The notes beneath the pieces were generated by a model that searched no databases, was not told where the DNA came from, and was given only the letters and a program-made list of their open reading frames with translations. A DNA stretch of 64,000 bases from Bacteroidota bacterium (GTDB taxonomy: Bacteria > Bacteroidota > Bacteroidia > 2-12-FULL-35-15): NCBI GenBank assembly GCA_025963725.1, contig JAOQAE010000002.1, positions 445,221 to 509,220 of the forward strand, written 5' to 3'. Of the stretch, positions 19,023 to 28,389 are shown in pieces; positions within the stretch are counted from its first letter, which is position 1, and every line of letters begins with the position of its first letter. The translations under genes were made by a program, and so were the position numbers.

Positions 19023-19197
19023 AGAGGCTGGAAAAGCGCTGCAAAGATAGTGTTTTGACAGCGCGGATGCAGCTGGTGATACAATAAATAAAAATCAATT
19101 ACCTCAGCCTCGCAATGATGTCAGAACTATTCATAAATTAAACTGTCATCCCGTGCTCCGACACGGGATCTGTTCAAAACAACCCTTTACCAAACCT

Positions 19198-19229
19198 GAG
19201 ATTGCTTCGCCGTACCTCCTCGCAATGAC
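19198..19229. repeat. 32-bp intergenic element GAGATTGCTTCGCCGTACCTCCTCGCAATGAC (copy 1 of 4)
   Basis: Near-identical copies at 38311-38342, 51025-51056 and 52381-52412. Confidence 0.8.
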
Positions 19230-19231
19230 CC

Positions 19232-19266
19232 ATAAAAAAACGTCCCCCGGTTCCGGAGGACGTTCT
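19232..19266 (-). terminator. rho-independent terminator downstream of the FKBP gene array
   Basis: Minus-strand RNA would form the hairpin acgtcc-uccggaaccggg-ggacgu followed by UUUUUUU. Confidence 0.6.
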
Positions 19267-19288
19267 CTATTATTTGTGTTATTTATTA

Positions 19289-20488
19289 TTAGTGCTTTGG
19301 CGCTCCGTCCTTCACATCCACCAGCTCCACATCAAATGTAAGGTCGGCTTTTGCGGGGATCATCGGCGGGCGGCCTGCTTCACCATACGCAAGCAGATAA
19401 GGGATCACGAGCCTAAGCTTGTCACCAACGTTCATCAGCGCAATGCCTTCTTCCCAGCCCTGGATCACGTATGCCTGGCCCAAAGGGAATTCGATCGGCT
19501 CACCGCGCTCAACCGATGAATCGAACATAGTTCCATCGGCAAGGTAACCGGAATAATGCACCTTTACCGTTTTACCGGCTTCGGCTTTCACGGTGCTTCC
19601 GCTTCTTTTTACTTCGTAATAGGTAATTCCGGATGCTGTTTTCTTCGCTTCCAGGCCTTTGATGTCATACGCCACCGGCGGGATCACCTTTTGCACATCC
19701 ACCATCTCCACATCGAAAATAATGTCGGCATTCGGCGGGATCGGGCCGCTGCCTTTTTCACCGAAAGCAAGCTTCGAAGGAATAATGATGCGGGCTTTTT
19801 CACCTTTATGCATGAGCGCGAGGCCTTCTTCAAGGCCTGCAAACAACTGCCCTTTGCCGATGTTCGCTTTCAGGGGCTGTCCGCGTTCGATGGATGAATC
19901 AAACATTTTTCCATCGAGCAGGAAAGCGCTGTAGTTCGCAACTACCTTAGTACCGCTTACTGCCTGCTCTCCCGACTTGTTTGCTTTCACAAGAATGTAC
20001 TGAAGGCCGCTTGCCGTTTTCACGGTATCTTTTCCTTTAGTATCGAAAGGCCTTACGCCTTCTATCACTTCTATCAGCTCCACATCGAAGATCAGCGGGG
20101 AGTTGGCGGGGATCTTGCCCATTGCGCGCTCTCCGTAACCCAGCTCGGGGCCAAACTTGATGGTGGCTTTATCGCCTTCCTGCAGCAGCTGGAATGCTTC
20201 ATCCCAGCCTTTGATCACCTGGCCTGCCCCAACTTTGAACTCGAAGGGCTGGCCTCTCTGTACAGAGCTGTCGAATATGGTATCGTTCAACAATTTGCCG
20301 GTATAATGCACTTTTACTTTATCGCCGGCCTGCGCTTTTTTACCATTTCCTTTGGAGGTAATGGTGTATTCTAATCCTGAAGCTGTTTTCACTGTTTTAG
20401 GCTTTTTTACTGGTACGCTTTTTATTTTTTCCTGGGCGTTCGCTCCGAAGGCCAGTATCACTAAAAGCGCGGTTACTATTCTTTTCAT
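19289..20488 (-). CDS. FKBP-type peptidyl-prolyl cis-trans isomerase, three tandem FKBP domains, secreted
   Basis: Three repeats of the FKBP signature (HYxGxLxDGxxFDSSxxRGxPxxF...GW...G....IP..LAYG); signal peptide. Confidence 0.85.
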   Translation of the reverse strand: MKRIVTALLVILAFGANAQEKIKSVPVKKPKTVKTASGLEYTITSKGNGKKAQAGDKVKVHYTGKLLNDTIFDSSVQRGQPFEFKVGAGQVIKGWDEAFQLLQEGDKATIKFGPELGYGERAMGKIPANSPLIFDVELIEVIEGVRPFDTKGKDTVKTASGLQYILVKANKSGEQAVSGTKVVANYSAFLLDGKMFDSSIERGQPLKANIGKGQLFAGLEEGLALMHKGEKARIIIPSKLAFGEKGSGPIPPNADIIFDVEMVDVQKVIPPVAYDIKGLEAKKTASGITYYEVKRSGSTVKAEAGKTVKVHYSGYLADGTMFDSSVERGEPIEFPLGQAYVIQGWEEGIALMNVGDKLRLVIPYLLAYGEAGRPPMIPAKADLTFDVELVDVKDGAPKH

Positions 20489-20496
20489 TTTTAATT

Positions 20497-21444
20497 TTAT
20501 TTAGATGGTACAATGCTCAGGACCTCCACCTCAAAAACCATCGGGGAATACGGTGGGATCGGCCCGCCGCCTCTTTCTCCGTATGCAAGCGACGAAGGCA
20601 GCACAATAGTTGCTTTGCTGCCGGGGCTCATCATTTTCAATGCTTCATTCATTCCCGGTACCAATCCGCCGACAGTGAATTCAACCGGCTCGTATGGCCT
20701 TCTTTCGTCGAAGATGTTGGCTTTTTGCGCTTCTTCTTTGCTGTTGGTATCAAAAACAGTTCCGTCGAGCAGGCGGCCGGTATAATTTACCATTACTTTT
20801 TCGCCGTCTTTCGGGTGCTGGCCTTTTCCTTTTGTTTTTTCAATGAAGTAAAGCCCGCTTTCTGTAGGCTTTACAGTGATCTTGTTATCTTCGAGGTATT
20901 TTGCAAGCACTTTTCCTTCTTCATTCTTGCGTGTTTCCATCATGATCTGCTGCTCTTCCATCTGCTTCTGGCGCTCTTTCTCCACTACTTCTTTCGTAGT
21001 GATCTTCTGCAGCTTCACATCGTAAACCAGCATAGAGCCCTTTTTCAGGAACGGAGGGATCTCTTTGCCTTTGTACATCGAGTCGATGCTTACCATAAAG
21101 CTGGCGCTGTCGCCAACGGCCATTGTGGAAAGAGCTTCTTCAAAGCTTCCGCCGAATTCCGATTTCATCAACGGGAATTCCACGTAAGGCGCTCCCTGGC
21201 GGTTCACCTTCGGATCTTTTGAATCAAACAGGACGGAATCCTTATCCGTTTTCACGGCAAGCATTACCTGCATCACATCTCCTTCTTTCGGGATCACGCC
21301 TTTTTCGTCGTGCGTGTAAAATTTGGAGTATAAGCCGGTTTCAGATTTATCATAACCGGGGTGATCGGATTTTTCACAGGCAGTGAAGGCAACTACAGTT
21401 CCTACGGCAGCAAGTGCAAGTTTTTTAGAAAATGAATTTGTCAT
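20497..21444 (-). CDS. FKBP-type peptidyl-prolyl cis-trans isomerase (lipoprotein, two FKBP-like domains)
   Basis: FKBP signature VNYTGRLLDGTVFDTN...LAYGERGGGPIPPYSPMVFEVEVL; lipoprotein-like signal with Cys. Confidence 0.8.
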   Translation of the reverse strand: MTNSFSKKLALAAVGTVVAFTACEKSDHPGYDKSETGLYSKFYTHDEKGVIPKEGDVMQVMLAVKTDKDSVLFDSKDPKVNRQGAPYVEFPLMKSEFGGSFEEALSTMAVGDSASFMVSIDSMYKGKEIPPFLKKGSMLVYDVKLQKITTKEVVEKERQKQMEEQQIMMETRKNEEGKVLAKYLEDNKITVKPTESGLYFIEKTKGKGQHPKDGEKVMVNYTGRLLDGTVFDTNSKEEAQKANIFDERRPYEPVEFTVGGLVPGMNEALKMMSPGSKATIVLPSSLAYGERGGGPIPPYSPMVFEVEVLSIVPSK

Positions 21445-21453
21445 GTTTGATTT

Positions 21454-22341
21454 TTATTTTTTATTGATACTTAAGAGTTCTATTTCATAGATAACAGTGC
21501 TGTAAGGAGGGACAATTCCCGTTGAAGAACCTGCCTCCCCAAAAGCGAGCTGCGAAGGTATAATAAATTTTGCTTTAGCGCCTTCGTTCAATAAACTTAT
21601 TCCCAATTCAACGCCTTTGAGCACCTGCCCCTGCTCCCCGAGCCTGAACTCGAGAGGCTGTCCGCGCTCATAAGTGGATTCGAAAGGCCTGCCATCGAGG
21701 AAGCTCCCCTTGTAATTCACCTTCACCAGATCACCTGCTTCCGCATTGTTGCCGGCACCCTGCACCAGCGGCATGTAATACATCCCGGCAGAGAAAAAAG
21801 AGAAATGCGCCTGGCTGGTATCGAGAAAGGTCTGCAGCTTCCGCTGCTCTTCAATATCACGGTCAGCAATCATGTCCTGGAATTCTTTCACCGCATTTGC
21901 ATATTCCGCCTGGTCCATGATGCGGTTGAGCTTTACTTCCATCTTTACCACATCGCCGTTCTTCAGGAAGATGGGCAGCTCGGAACGGAAAAAATTTTTG
22001 AACAGCTCTGCCGCATCCACTATAAAGGAAACGCTGTCGCCCTCGTTCATAGATGTCAGCCCTTCCTCAAAGCTGCCTTTAAAGGAAGAATGATTGAAGG
22101 GAAGAATGACCATGCCGGTTTCGTTGCTGGAATAGGAATCGAGAAAGATGGAATCCTTGCCGGTTTTGTAGGTAATCCGGAGCTGGAGATAATCGCCGAT
22201 CGAGGGCTTTTTTTTGCCGTCGCCGATCACGCGCAATTTATAATAAAGCCCGGTGTCGGTTTCCGTATACCCTTTGTAAACGGGATCGGTGCAGGAATAA
22301 ACAAACACTGCAAATAATATATATAGTATCCTTACTTTCAA
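21454..22341 (-). CDS. FKBP-type peptidyl-prolyl cis-trans isomerase (two domains)
   Basis: FKBP signature VNYKGSFLDGRPFEST...LAFGEAGSSTGIVPPYSTVIYEIELL. Confidence 0.8.
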   Translation of the reverse strand: MKVRILYILFAVFVYSCTDPVYKGYTETDTGLYYKLRVIGDGKKKPSIGDYLQLRITYKTGKDSIFLDSYSSNETGMVILPFNHSSFKGSFEEGLTSMNEGDSVSFIVDAAELFKNFFRSELPIFLKNGDVVKMEVKLNRIMDQAEYANAVKEFQDMIADRDIEEQRKLQTFLDTSQAHFSFFSAGMYYMPLVQGAGNNAEAGDLVKVNYKGSFLDGRPFESTYERGQPLEFRLGEQGQVLKGVELGISLLNEGAKAKFIIPSQLAFGEAGSSTGIVPPYSTVIYEIELLSINKK

Positions 22342-22345
22342 CTTA

Positions 22346-22891
22346 CTACTGAATTGAAATAAGTTTTATCTCATAGATAACGGAAGCCTTTGCAGGGATC
22401 TTGTTCCCATCCCCGAGGAGGCCATGCGCCAGGTGTGAAGGAAGTATAAAAGTAGCTTCATCGCCGGCATGCAGGTATTGAATCCCTTCATGCAGCCCCG
22501 ATTCAATATTATCCTTTCCTACAATAAATTCCTTCGGCCCTTCCTTTTCGGAGGAATAGCAAAGGGTGCCATCCAGCAGGCTGATCCTGTAATCCACTTT
22601 TACCCGCTGCTCGGGCTGCGCTGTGGCCGTTCCCGTGCCTTTTTTCGTGATCATGTACCGAAGCCCGGTGCCGGTTGTGTTCATTTTCCAGCCGTGGTGC
22701 GCCACGTACTGGTCGATTTCGTCGCTTTCCCGTTTCACGTACATTTTATTCGCCTCCACGAGGCTGCTGTCGAGGTTCTTCGTTTGCGGATGCGAGTTCT
22801 GCTTGTTGCCGTTGCCGCATGATTCCACTACTCCCAATGCCACCAGCACTATTAAACAGGTCTTGATCATATATAGCTTATTTTTTAGCAT
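22346..22891 (-). CDS. FKBP-type peptidyl-prolyl cis-trans isomerase (single domain, lipoprotein-like)
   Basis: FKBP signature VDYRISLLDGTLCYSS...HLAHGLLGDGNKIPAKASVIYEIKLI; the ORF extends to 22936 but overlaps nrnA, so an internal Met is preferred. Confidence 0.75.
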   Translation of the reverse strand: MLKNKLYMIKTCLIVLVALGVVESCGNGNKQNSHPQTKNLDSSLVEANKMYVKRESDEIDQYVAHHGWKMNTTGTGLRYMITKKGTGTATAQPEQRVKVDYRISLLDGTLCYSSEKEGPKEFIVGKDNIESGLHEGIQYLHAGDEATFILPSHLAHGLLGDGNKIPAKASVIYEIKLISIQ

Positions 22892-23897
22892 TGAGTTGCT
22901 TTTTGTATTGGGGAAGCAGGGATAACAGCTTATCAATGGTCTTGGGCAGTGACAGCTCGCTCATTCCGCCGGCTGCATTTGCATGTCCGCCGCCGCCAAA
23001 ATGCGCCCTGGCAAACTTGTTCACATCAAAGCTGCCTTTTGAGCGGAAGGATATTTTGATGATGCCGTCGCGCTCCGCGAGAAACGCGGCAAAGCGGATC
23101 CCGGCAATAGAAAGCGCATAATTCACAACGCCTTCGGTATCGCCTTTTCTATAATTGAAACGCGTTAATTCTTCCGCGCTCAATGAAAAGAACGCCATTT
23201 TATATTCCGGCAGCACCCTCAGCTTTTCGTTCAGGCAAAAGCCGAGCAGCTTTAACCTGCTTTCGGTATTGTCATCGTAAATGCGGTTGTGGATCGCTGC
23301 GTTTTCCGCTCCGGCCTTAATAAGATCGGAAAGGATCAGGTGCGTTTTTGCCGTGGTGGACGGAAAACGGAATGAGCCGGTATCGGTCATGATCCCCGTG
23401 TAGAGGCAATTTGCGATGTCTTTATCGAGGAGCTTTTTATCGCCCATAAGGCCCATGAAATCGTAGATCAGCTCGCAGGTGGAACATGCTTCCACGCTGT
23501 GAAGCATGTAATCTGCAAAGTCTTCAGGCTGCAGGTGATGATCGATAATGAGCTTGATGGCCGGAGCAGCCGATACTTCCTCGCCGAGCTTATCGATCCG
23601 CTTCAGGGAATTAAAATCGAGGCAGAAAATAAGATCCGCCTTTGCTACCAGCTTTTTAGCAGCGCTGTGCTTTTTCTGAAAATTGAGGATCTTCTTCTCG
23701 CCTTTCATCCAGCTGAGGAAAGTGGGATAATCGTTGGGCGTGATCACGGTGATGCTGTGCCCCTTCTTCAGCAGGTAATTGTACAGGCCGAGTGAAGAGC
23801 CGATGGCATCGCCGTCCGGCGACCAATGCGTTACGATCACAATATTCTTTGGCTTGCTGAGCAGCGCCTTTACTTTTTTTACCTCGGTCGGATTCAA
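22878..23897 (-). CDS. nrnA: DHH-family phosphoesterase, bifunctional oligoribonuclease/pAp phosphatase NrnA-like
   Basis: DHH motif ([13 protein letters not shown]), DHHxxP-like motif, DHHA1 C-terminal GGGH motif. Confidence 0.75.
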   Translation of the reverse strand: MNPTEVKKVKALLSKPKNIVIVTHWSPDGDAIGSSLGLYNYLLKKGHSITVITPNDYPTFLSWMKGEKKILNFQKKHSAAKKLVAKADLIFCLDFNSLKRIDKLGEEVSAAPAIKLIIDHHLQPEDFADYMLHSVEACSTCELIYDFMGLMGDKKLLDKDIANCLYTGIMTDTGSFRFPSTTAKTHLILSDLIKAGAENAAIHNRIYDDNTESRLKLLGFCLNEKLRVLPEYKMAFFSLSAEELTRFNYRKGDTEGVVNYALSIAGIRFAAFLAERDGIIKISFRSKGSFDVNKFARAHFGGGGHANAAGGMSELSLPKTIDKLLSLLPQYKKQLNAKK

Positions 23898-24087
23898 AAT
23901 TTATTTTTTTAGAAAGGCGAATTTACAATTATTTCCGCTGTTCCGGAATTCATATTTGCAGATGGTGGAAAACAGGATTTGCGCGGCATCGAAATTATTT
24001 AGCATTATTCTCACAGTTCAAAGCCTATTTTTTCTAATTTCGCACCCGATTTCAACGAATCTTAAATCAATTAATTACACACAAAGA

Positions 24088-24507
24088 ATGGCAACAAACA
24101 GAACATTTACAATGATCAAACCTGATGCAGTGGCAAACGGTTCTATCGGAGGAATTTTAAAAATGATCAACGAAGCGGGATTCCGTATCGTGGCAATGAA
24201 ATACACAAAGCTTTCGGCTGAGGCTGCAGGCAGCTTTTATGAAGTTCACAAAGAGCGCCCGTTCTACGGAGAGCTGGTTGATTATATGTCATCGGGCCCT
24301 ATCGTTGCAGCGATCCTTGAAAAAGAGAACGCCGTGGCTGATTTCAGGAAGCTGATCGGCGCAACCGACCCTACAAAAGCAGAAGAAGGAACGATCCGCA
24401 AGATCTACGCTAAATCCATCGCAGCAAATGCTGTTCACGGATCCGACAGCGATGAGAATGCAGAGATCGAAGGAAACTTTTACTTCTCCGGACTCGAGCG
24501 TTTCTAA
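24088..24507 (+). CDS. ndk: nucleoside diphosphate kinase
   Basis: [18 protein letters not shown] and other NDK motifs; about 139 aa from Met at 24088 (the ORF track starts too far upstream). Confidence 0.95.
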   Translation: MATNRTFTMIKPDAVANGSIGGILKMINEAGFRIVAMKYTKLSAEAAGSFYEVHKERPFYGELVDYMSSGPIVAAILEKENAVADFRKLIGATDPTKAEEGTIRKIYAKSIAANAVHGSDSDENAEIEGNFYFSGLERF

Positions 24508-24522
24508 AAAAGAAAAACAATG

Positions 24523-24560
24523 GCAGCCCTTCTTTATAGCAAAGAAGGGCTGCTTTTTTT
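24523..24560 (+). terminator. rho-independent terminator of ndk
   Basis: gcagcccttcttt-atagc-aaagaagggctgc followed by TTTTTTT. Confidence 0.8.
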
Positions 24561-24696
24561 ATCTTCGCGGGGAATCAATTCCTCATTCCCTTCACCCTAC
24601 CTCTTCCTGAAACGCGCGCCAACAGGCATTTTTAGTCTCCGCACAACAGGGAACAAAGTTTTATTTACGTTTTGAAACCATAAAAAACCAAAACGT

Positions 24697-24867
24697 ATGA
24701 AAAAGCAATATTTATTATTATCGACACTCGGACTGCTTGCAATGAGCCTTACAGGCTGTGAAGTGGTTGGCGGAATTTTTAAAGCCGGCATGGTCTGGGG
24801 AATCATCCTTGTGCTGCTGGTGGTATTCGGACTGATCTATCTCTTTACACGCGGCGGAAGAAAATAG
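24697..24867 (+). CDS. small membrane/lipoprotein-like peptide (56 aa)
   Basis: MKKQYLLLSTLGLLAMSLTGC... followed by a TM helix (GMVWGIILVLLVVFGLIYLF); below the ORF-track size cutoff; start/stop positions may be off by one. Confidence 0.35.
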   Translation: MKKQYLLLSTLGLLAMSLTGCEVVGGIFKAGMVWGIILVLLVVFGLIYLFTRGGRK

Positions 24868-24881
24868 TTTAAACTCAACTT

Positions 24882-26072
24882 ATGTTACTTACTGAACAAC
24901 GGGCAACCAAATTACCTGCCTACATTGCATTTTCGCAGATTACGATAGGCATCCTGGCATTTTTCTACATCATTTACATCGGCCAGGATATTCTTATCCC
25001 GCTTGTTTTTGCGCTGATCATCTCCATCCTGCTGAACCCGGTTGTTAATTTCCTGCTCCGGATCGGCATTAACAGAGTGATCGCTATTCTTTTCAGCATT
25101 ACGCTGCTGATCGTTGTGGTAGGCGGGATCCTCTTTTTTATAGGATCCCAGCTTACCCTTTTCAGCGACGCCCTGCCGCAGCTGAAGGAAAAATTCAACT
25201 CGCTTACCGCAGAGGCGCTGAACTGGTGCTCGCAAACATTCAAGATCAGCAAGCCGAAGCTTAATTCCTGGATCACCGATAAAAAAGGCGAGACCATGAA
25301 CAATGCCGGAAGCATGATCGGCGGTGCGCTTACCACGATCAGCGGGTTCTTTATCCTTGTATTCCTGATTCCCGTTTACATTTTCATGTTCCTTTTTTAC
25401 AAGCCGCTGCTGCTCGATTTTGTATCGCAGATCTTTAAAAAGGACAGCCACAGCGCTGTTGCGGAAGTGCTGGCAAACACAAAATCACTCATCCAGAGCT
25501 ATCTCGTGGGGCTTCTGATCGAAATGCTGATCATCGCCACCATGAACTCCGTAGCATTGCTGATCATCGGCGTTGATTATGCCATCCTGTTCGGGATCAT
25601 CGGCGCTATCCTTAACCTCATTCCATACATCGGGGGCGTGGTGGCTATCGCGCTGCCAATGACCATGGCCTTTATCACGGGAACACCTATGAAGGCGCTG
25701 CTGGTGCTTGTGGCGTATTGCGTGGTGCAGCTGATCGACAACAATTTCCTGATCCCGAAAATAGTAGCTTCCAAGGTAAAGGTGAATGCGCTGATCTCGA
25801 TCGTGGTGGTGCTGATCGGAGGAGCGCTCTGGGGCATTGCGGGCATGTTCCTTTCCATTCCGCTTACGGCGATCTGCAAGGTGGTGTTCGACAAGATCCA
25901 GCCGCTGAAGCCGCTTGGCTTCCTCATTGGCGATACCATGCCGCCGATCGGGCACGACCTGTTGAAAGTATACAAGGTGAAGCCGCCGGAAGATGTAAAG
26001 AAGACGGAGGAGGAAAAGAAAAAAGCGCCGGAGCCGGATCCGAAGAAACGAAAAAGGCCATTCAAAAAATGA
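24882..26072 (+). CDS. AI-2E family transporter (PerM/YhhT, UPF0118)
   Basis: Eight predicted TM segments; conserved AI-2E C-terminal region; Lys-rich tail. Confidence 0.8.
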   Translation: MLLTEQRATKLPAYIAFSQITIGILAFFYIIYIGQDILIPLVFALIISILLNPVVNFLLRIGINRVIAILFSITLLIVVVGGILFFIGSQLTLFSDALPQLKEKFNSLTAEALNWCSQTFKISKPKLNSWITDKKGETMNNAGSMIGGALTTISGFFILVFLIPVYIFMFLFYKPLLLDFVSQIFKKDSHSAVAEVLANTKSLIQSYLVGLLIEMLIIATMNSVALLIIGVDYAILFGIIGAILNLIPYIGGVVAIALPMTMAFITGTPMKALLVLVAYCVVQLIDNNFLIPKIVASKVKVNALISIVVVLIGGALWGIAGMFLSIPLTAICKVVFDKIQPLKPLGFLIGDTMPPIGHDLLKVYKVKPPEDVKKTEEEKKKAPEPDPKKRKRPFKK

Positions 26073-26293
26073 TCCTGCAGCTAAACCCGGGCATCCTGGT
26101 TGAAACCCCGCTGGGTACAGGCTATGCCCTTTTCATCATCGATTACGGGATGCACCAGAATACCTGCTGGATAGTGGCGCTGCAAAAAAACGGTGTGATC
26201 AAGCATTTCGACTGCAACGATGTGATCCTCTCCACCAATTACACGTACGGGCTGAACCTCATGAAGAACAGCAACCACCCGCCGGAAGAATGA
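26069..26293 (+). CDS. hypothetical small protein (74 aa), start overlaps the stop of the upstream transporter (ATGA)
   Basis: In-frame Met at 26069 inside ORF 25718..26293; the upstream part of that ORF overlaps the transporter in another frame. Confidence 0.35.
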   Translation: MILQLNPGILVETPLGTGYALFIIDYGMHQNTCWIVALQKNGVIKHFDCNDVILSTNYTYGLNLMKNSNHPPEE

Positions 26294-27778
26294 TCAGTCC
26301 CTGGAACCTGCTTCCAGCACTTCAAACACCTTCACCATCGCAAGCGTATCCATTTTGCAGTATTCAAGCAGCTGCTCGCGTACCTCAAGTATTTTGAACA
26401 TATCGGTTTCACGCTGCAGCTTTTCAAAGGTGATCATGGCAATGCTTCCGCTGGAGATCTTCAGATCTGCGTAGCTCAGCTCAGGAGCAATAGCCGGCAG
26501 CAGGTTCTTGATGGAGAAGGAATTCTTCATGGCGGGGTGATAGAAGCTCTTTTCCTGGAAAGGCTGCATCAGGTCGACGATCCGGCCCAGCCGCTCATCA
26601 ATGGCAGCGCCGTGTTGAGGAAAATCTTTCTTTAAGCCGTTGAGCACATTCCTTTCCATCAGCGCATCGAACACGAGGATGGTGCCTTCGCCTTCCGTAT
26701 GCTTCAGCAGGCTTTCAATGAATGCCTTTCTCGGATCGAAACCCTGCTCCGCAAGGAATTCGATATGCTGTGCCTCTGCTTCCGCGCTTGTTTTAAAATG
26801 CAGTGAGAACTGGAAAGGCAGGTGCTGGTATGGACGGGTACCGTTGTAAATGGGGATAGCCGGCATGAAGGTCTCAAAATCCATAAAATAAACAGGATAC
26901 GAGATCTTTTGCATGAACCGCTTCAGCGCCGGCTTATCGATCAGCGGCTGGCCCGTTTTAACGGCATTGATGTGGAGGTTCGCATTTTTATTCAGCACGT
27001 TCTCCTCCGGGATCTCGGGGATGGTGCGGTAACCGGCATCATAGAGCGCAAACTGGTCGGCTTTGGAAATGCCCGTGATCTCGAACACCGAATTGGCGGG
27101 AACATGCTTCCAGCAGGTATTCATAAAATCGCAGTTGTAAGGGCTGAAGCAATGCTCACCGATCTTCATCTCCGGCATTCTCGCATCGGCAGCCACCAGC
27201 TTCGACTGTGCTATCTTTTCCGAGATCATGGCCTGGTTGGAAAGCGCTTCTTTTTTTACCGAACGGAAAGCGAACAGCCCATGGGGGTCTACATCGCCAT
27301 GCCTCACGTACTGGTTGTTGATGGTGATGAGCGAAATATCCTCGAGCCGGAGGCCGGAATTGGTGATCACCCAATACTGGAGGGAAGCATCGAGCAGGTA
27401 GGTTTGCGAGATCTTGGTCGAGCTTTTTACTTCATAGGCATACCAGAGGCCTTCCTTTTTCACAAGAATGTCGAGAATGGCGAGCACCTGCTCGAACTGG
27501 AAAGCAGCTTCATAAATGATCTCTGCGCCGGATGCGATCAGCTCCTGCGTGCGTTCCACTGCAGCGGGATTATCGGAGCGCTTTGCGGGAGTAGCATCGG
27601 TACCGCCGGGAAACAGCTGCTGCGCAACCACGCCTACATTGCTTCCGCGGTTAAAGATGGATTGCTGCTCGGCCGAAGGCGCATCCCGCAATTGGATGAA
27701 ATTCTTGTACAGGTACAGGGATTTGGCGCACTGGAGCCCGCGCAGGAAGGTTGATTTACTAAGAATATGCTTTTCCAA
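26294..27778 (-). CDS. Cas4/RecB-like PD-(D/E)xK nuclease domain fused to a DUF2779-type (DnaQ/RNase H-like) domain
   Basis: N-terminal YEVKSS E-x-K motif with a Cys cluster (CFSPYNCDFMNTCW); central YFMDFETF DEDD-like motif; family assignment is from memory. Confidence 0.5.
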   Translation of the reverse strand: MEKHILSKSTFLRGLQCAKSLYLYKNFIQLRDAPSAEQQSIFNRGSNVGVVAQQLFPGGTDATPAKRSDNPAAVERTQELIASGAEIIYEAAFQFEQVLAILDILVKKEGLWYAYEVKSSTKISQTYLLDASLQYWVITNSGLRLEDISLITINNQYVRHGDVDPHGLFAFRSVKKEALSNQAMISEKIAQSKLVAADARMPEMKIGEHCFSPYNCDFMNTCWKHVPANSVFEITGISKADQFALYDAGYRTIPEIPEENVLNKNANLHINAVKTGQPLIDKPALKRFMQKISYPVYFMDFETFMPAIPIYNGTRPYQHLPFQFSLHFKTSAEAEAQHIEFLAEQGFDPRKAFIESLLKHTEGEGTILVFDALMERNVLNGLKKDFPQHGAAIDERLGRIVDLMQPFQEKSFYHPAMKNSFSIKNLLPAIAPELSYADLKISSGSIAMITFEKLQRETDMFKILEVREQLLEYCKMDTLAMVKVFEVLEAGSRD

Positions 27779-28007
27779 AACCGTGTAAGATAAGGCTGCA
27801 AAATTACGAATTTTACGGGCTGCCGGCTGTTAATAATTTTAATCTTTAAAATGCGCTGGTTTGTCTGGAAAAAACAACCACAAAACGATAAAAGTCGTGT
27901 TTCACAGTGTTTCCGGCAAAGAGTTCATCCACAATTGCAACTTAATTTAAACATCCTACGTCTTAATTTTATATATTGTTATCCGAAATTATTAGCTTTA
28001 GCTAACT

Positions 28008-28370
28008 ATGAAAAAACAGTTCCTCCTATTTATCCTCTGCTGTTCATTTTATTTTTGCAGCATTGGCCGGATCCACTCACAAACCGCAGCGCCTGCACTC
28101 TCCGAACTTATTTTAAGCGTGCCTTCCATCACCGATAAAACGTATGACGATGTAAGGCTGATCCTGGCAGGGATTGAAGGCGTTACGCTCAGCGGCTACT
28201 GCGAGCAGTACAAATGTTTCCTGATCTATTATGACCCTTCCAAGATAAAGAACGGGGAAGCCATTGCCTACGCTGTGCAGGCAGCCAATCCTTCGTATGC
28301 TACCGAAGTAAAAACAGGCGCAAGCATCGCCCAGCTCACTTCCGGCTGCACCGCATTCGGCGTAAGGTAA
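28008..28370 (+). CDS. hypothetical secreted protein (120 aa)
   Basis: Signal peptide MKKQFLLFILCCSFYFCS; no recognised motif; immediately upstream of the giant T9SS protein. Confidence 0.4.
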   Translation: MKKQFLLFILCCSFYFCSIGRIHSQTAAPALSELILSVPSITDKTYDDVRLILAGIEGVTLSGYCEQYKCFLIYYDPSKIKNGEAIAYAVQAANPSYATEVKTGASIAQLTSGCTAFGVR

Positions 28371-28389
28371 AACTCACATTCAGCTATTT

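Noticed and set aside
23898-24087. Bacteroidota -7 (TAnnTTTG) / -33 (TTTG) promoter upstream of ndk and of the 28008 operon
   Set aside because: Only partial matches (e.g. TAGCTTTA), too weak to call by eye.
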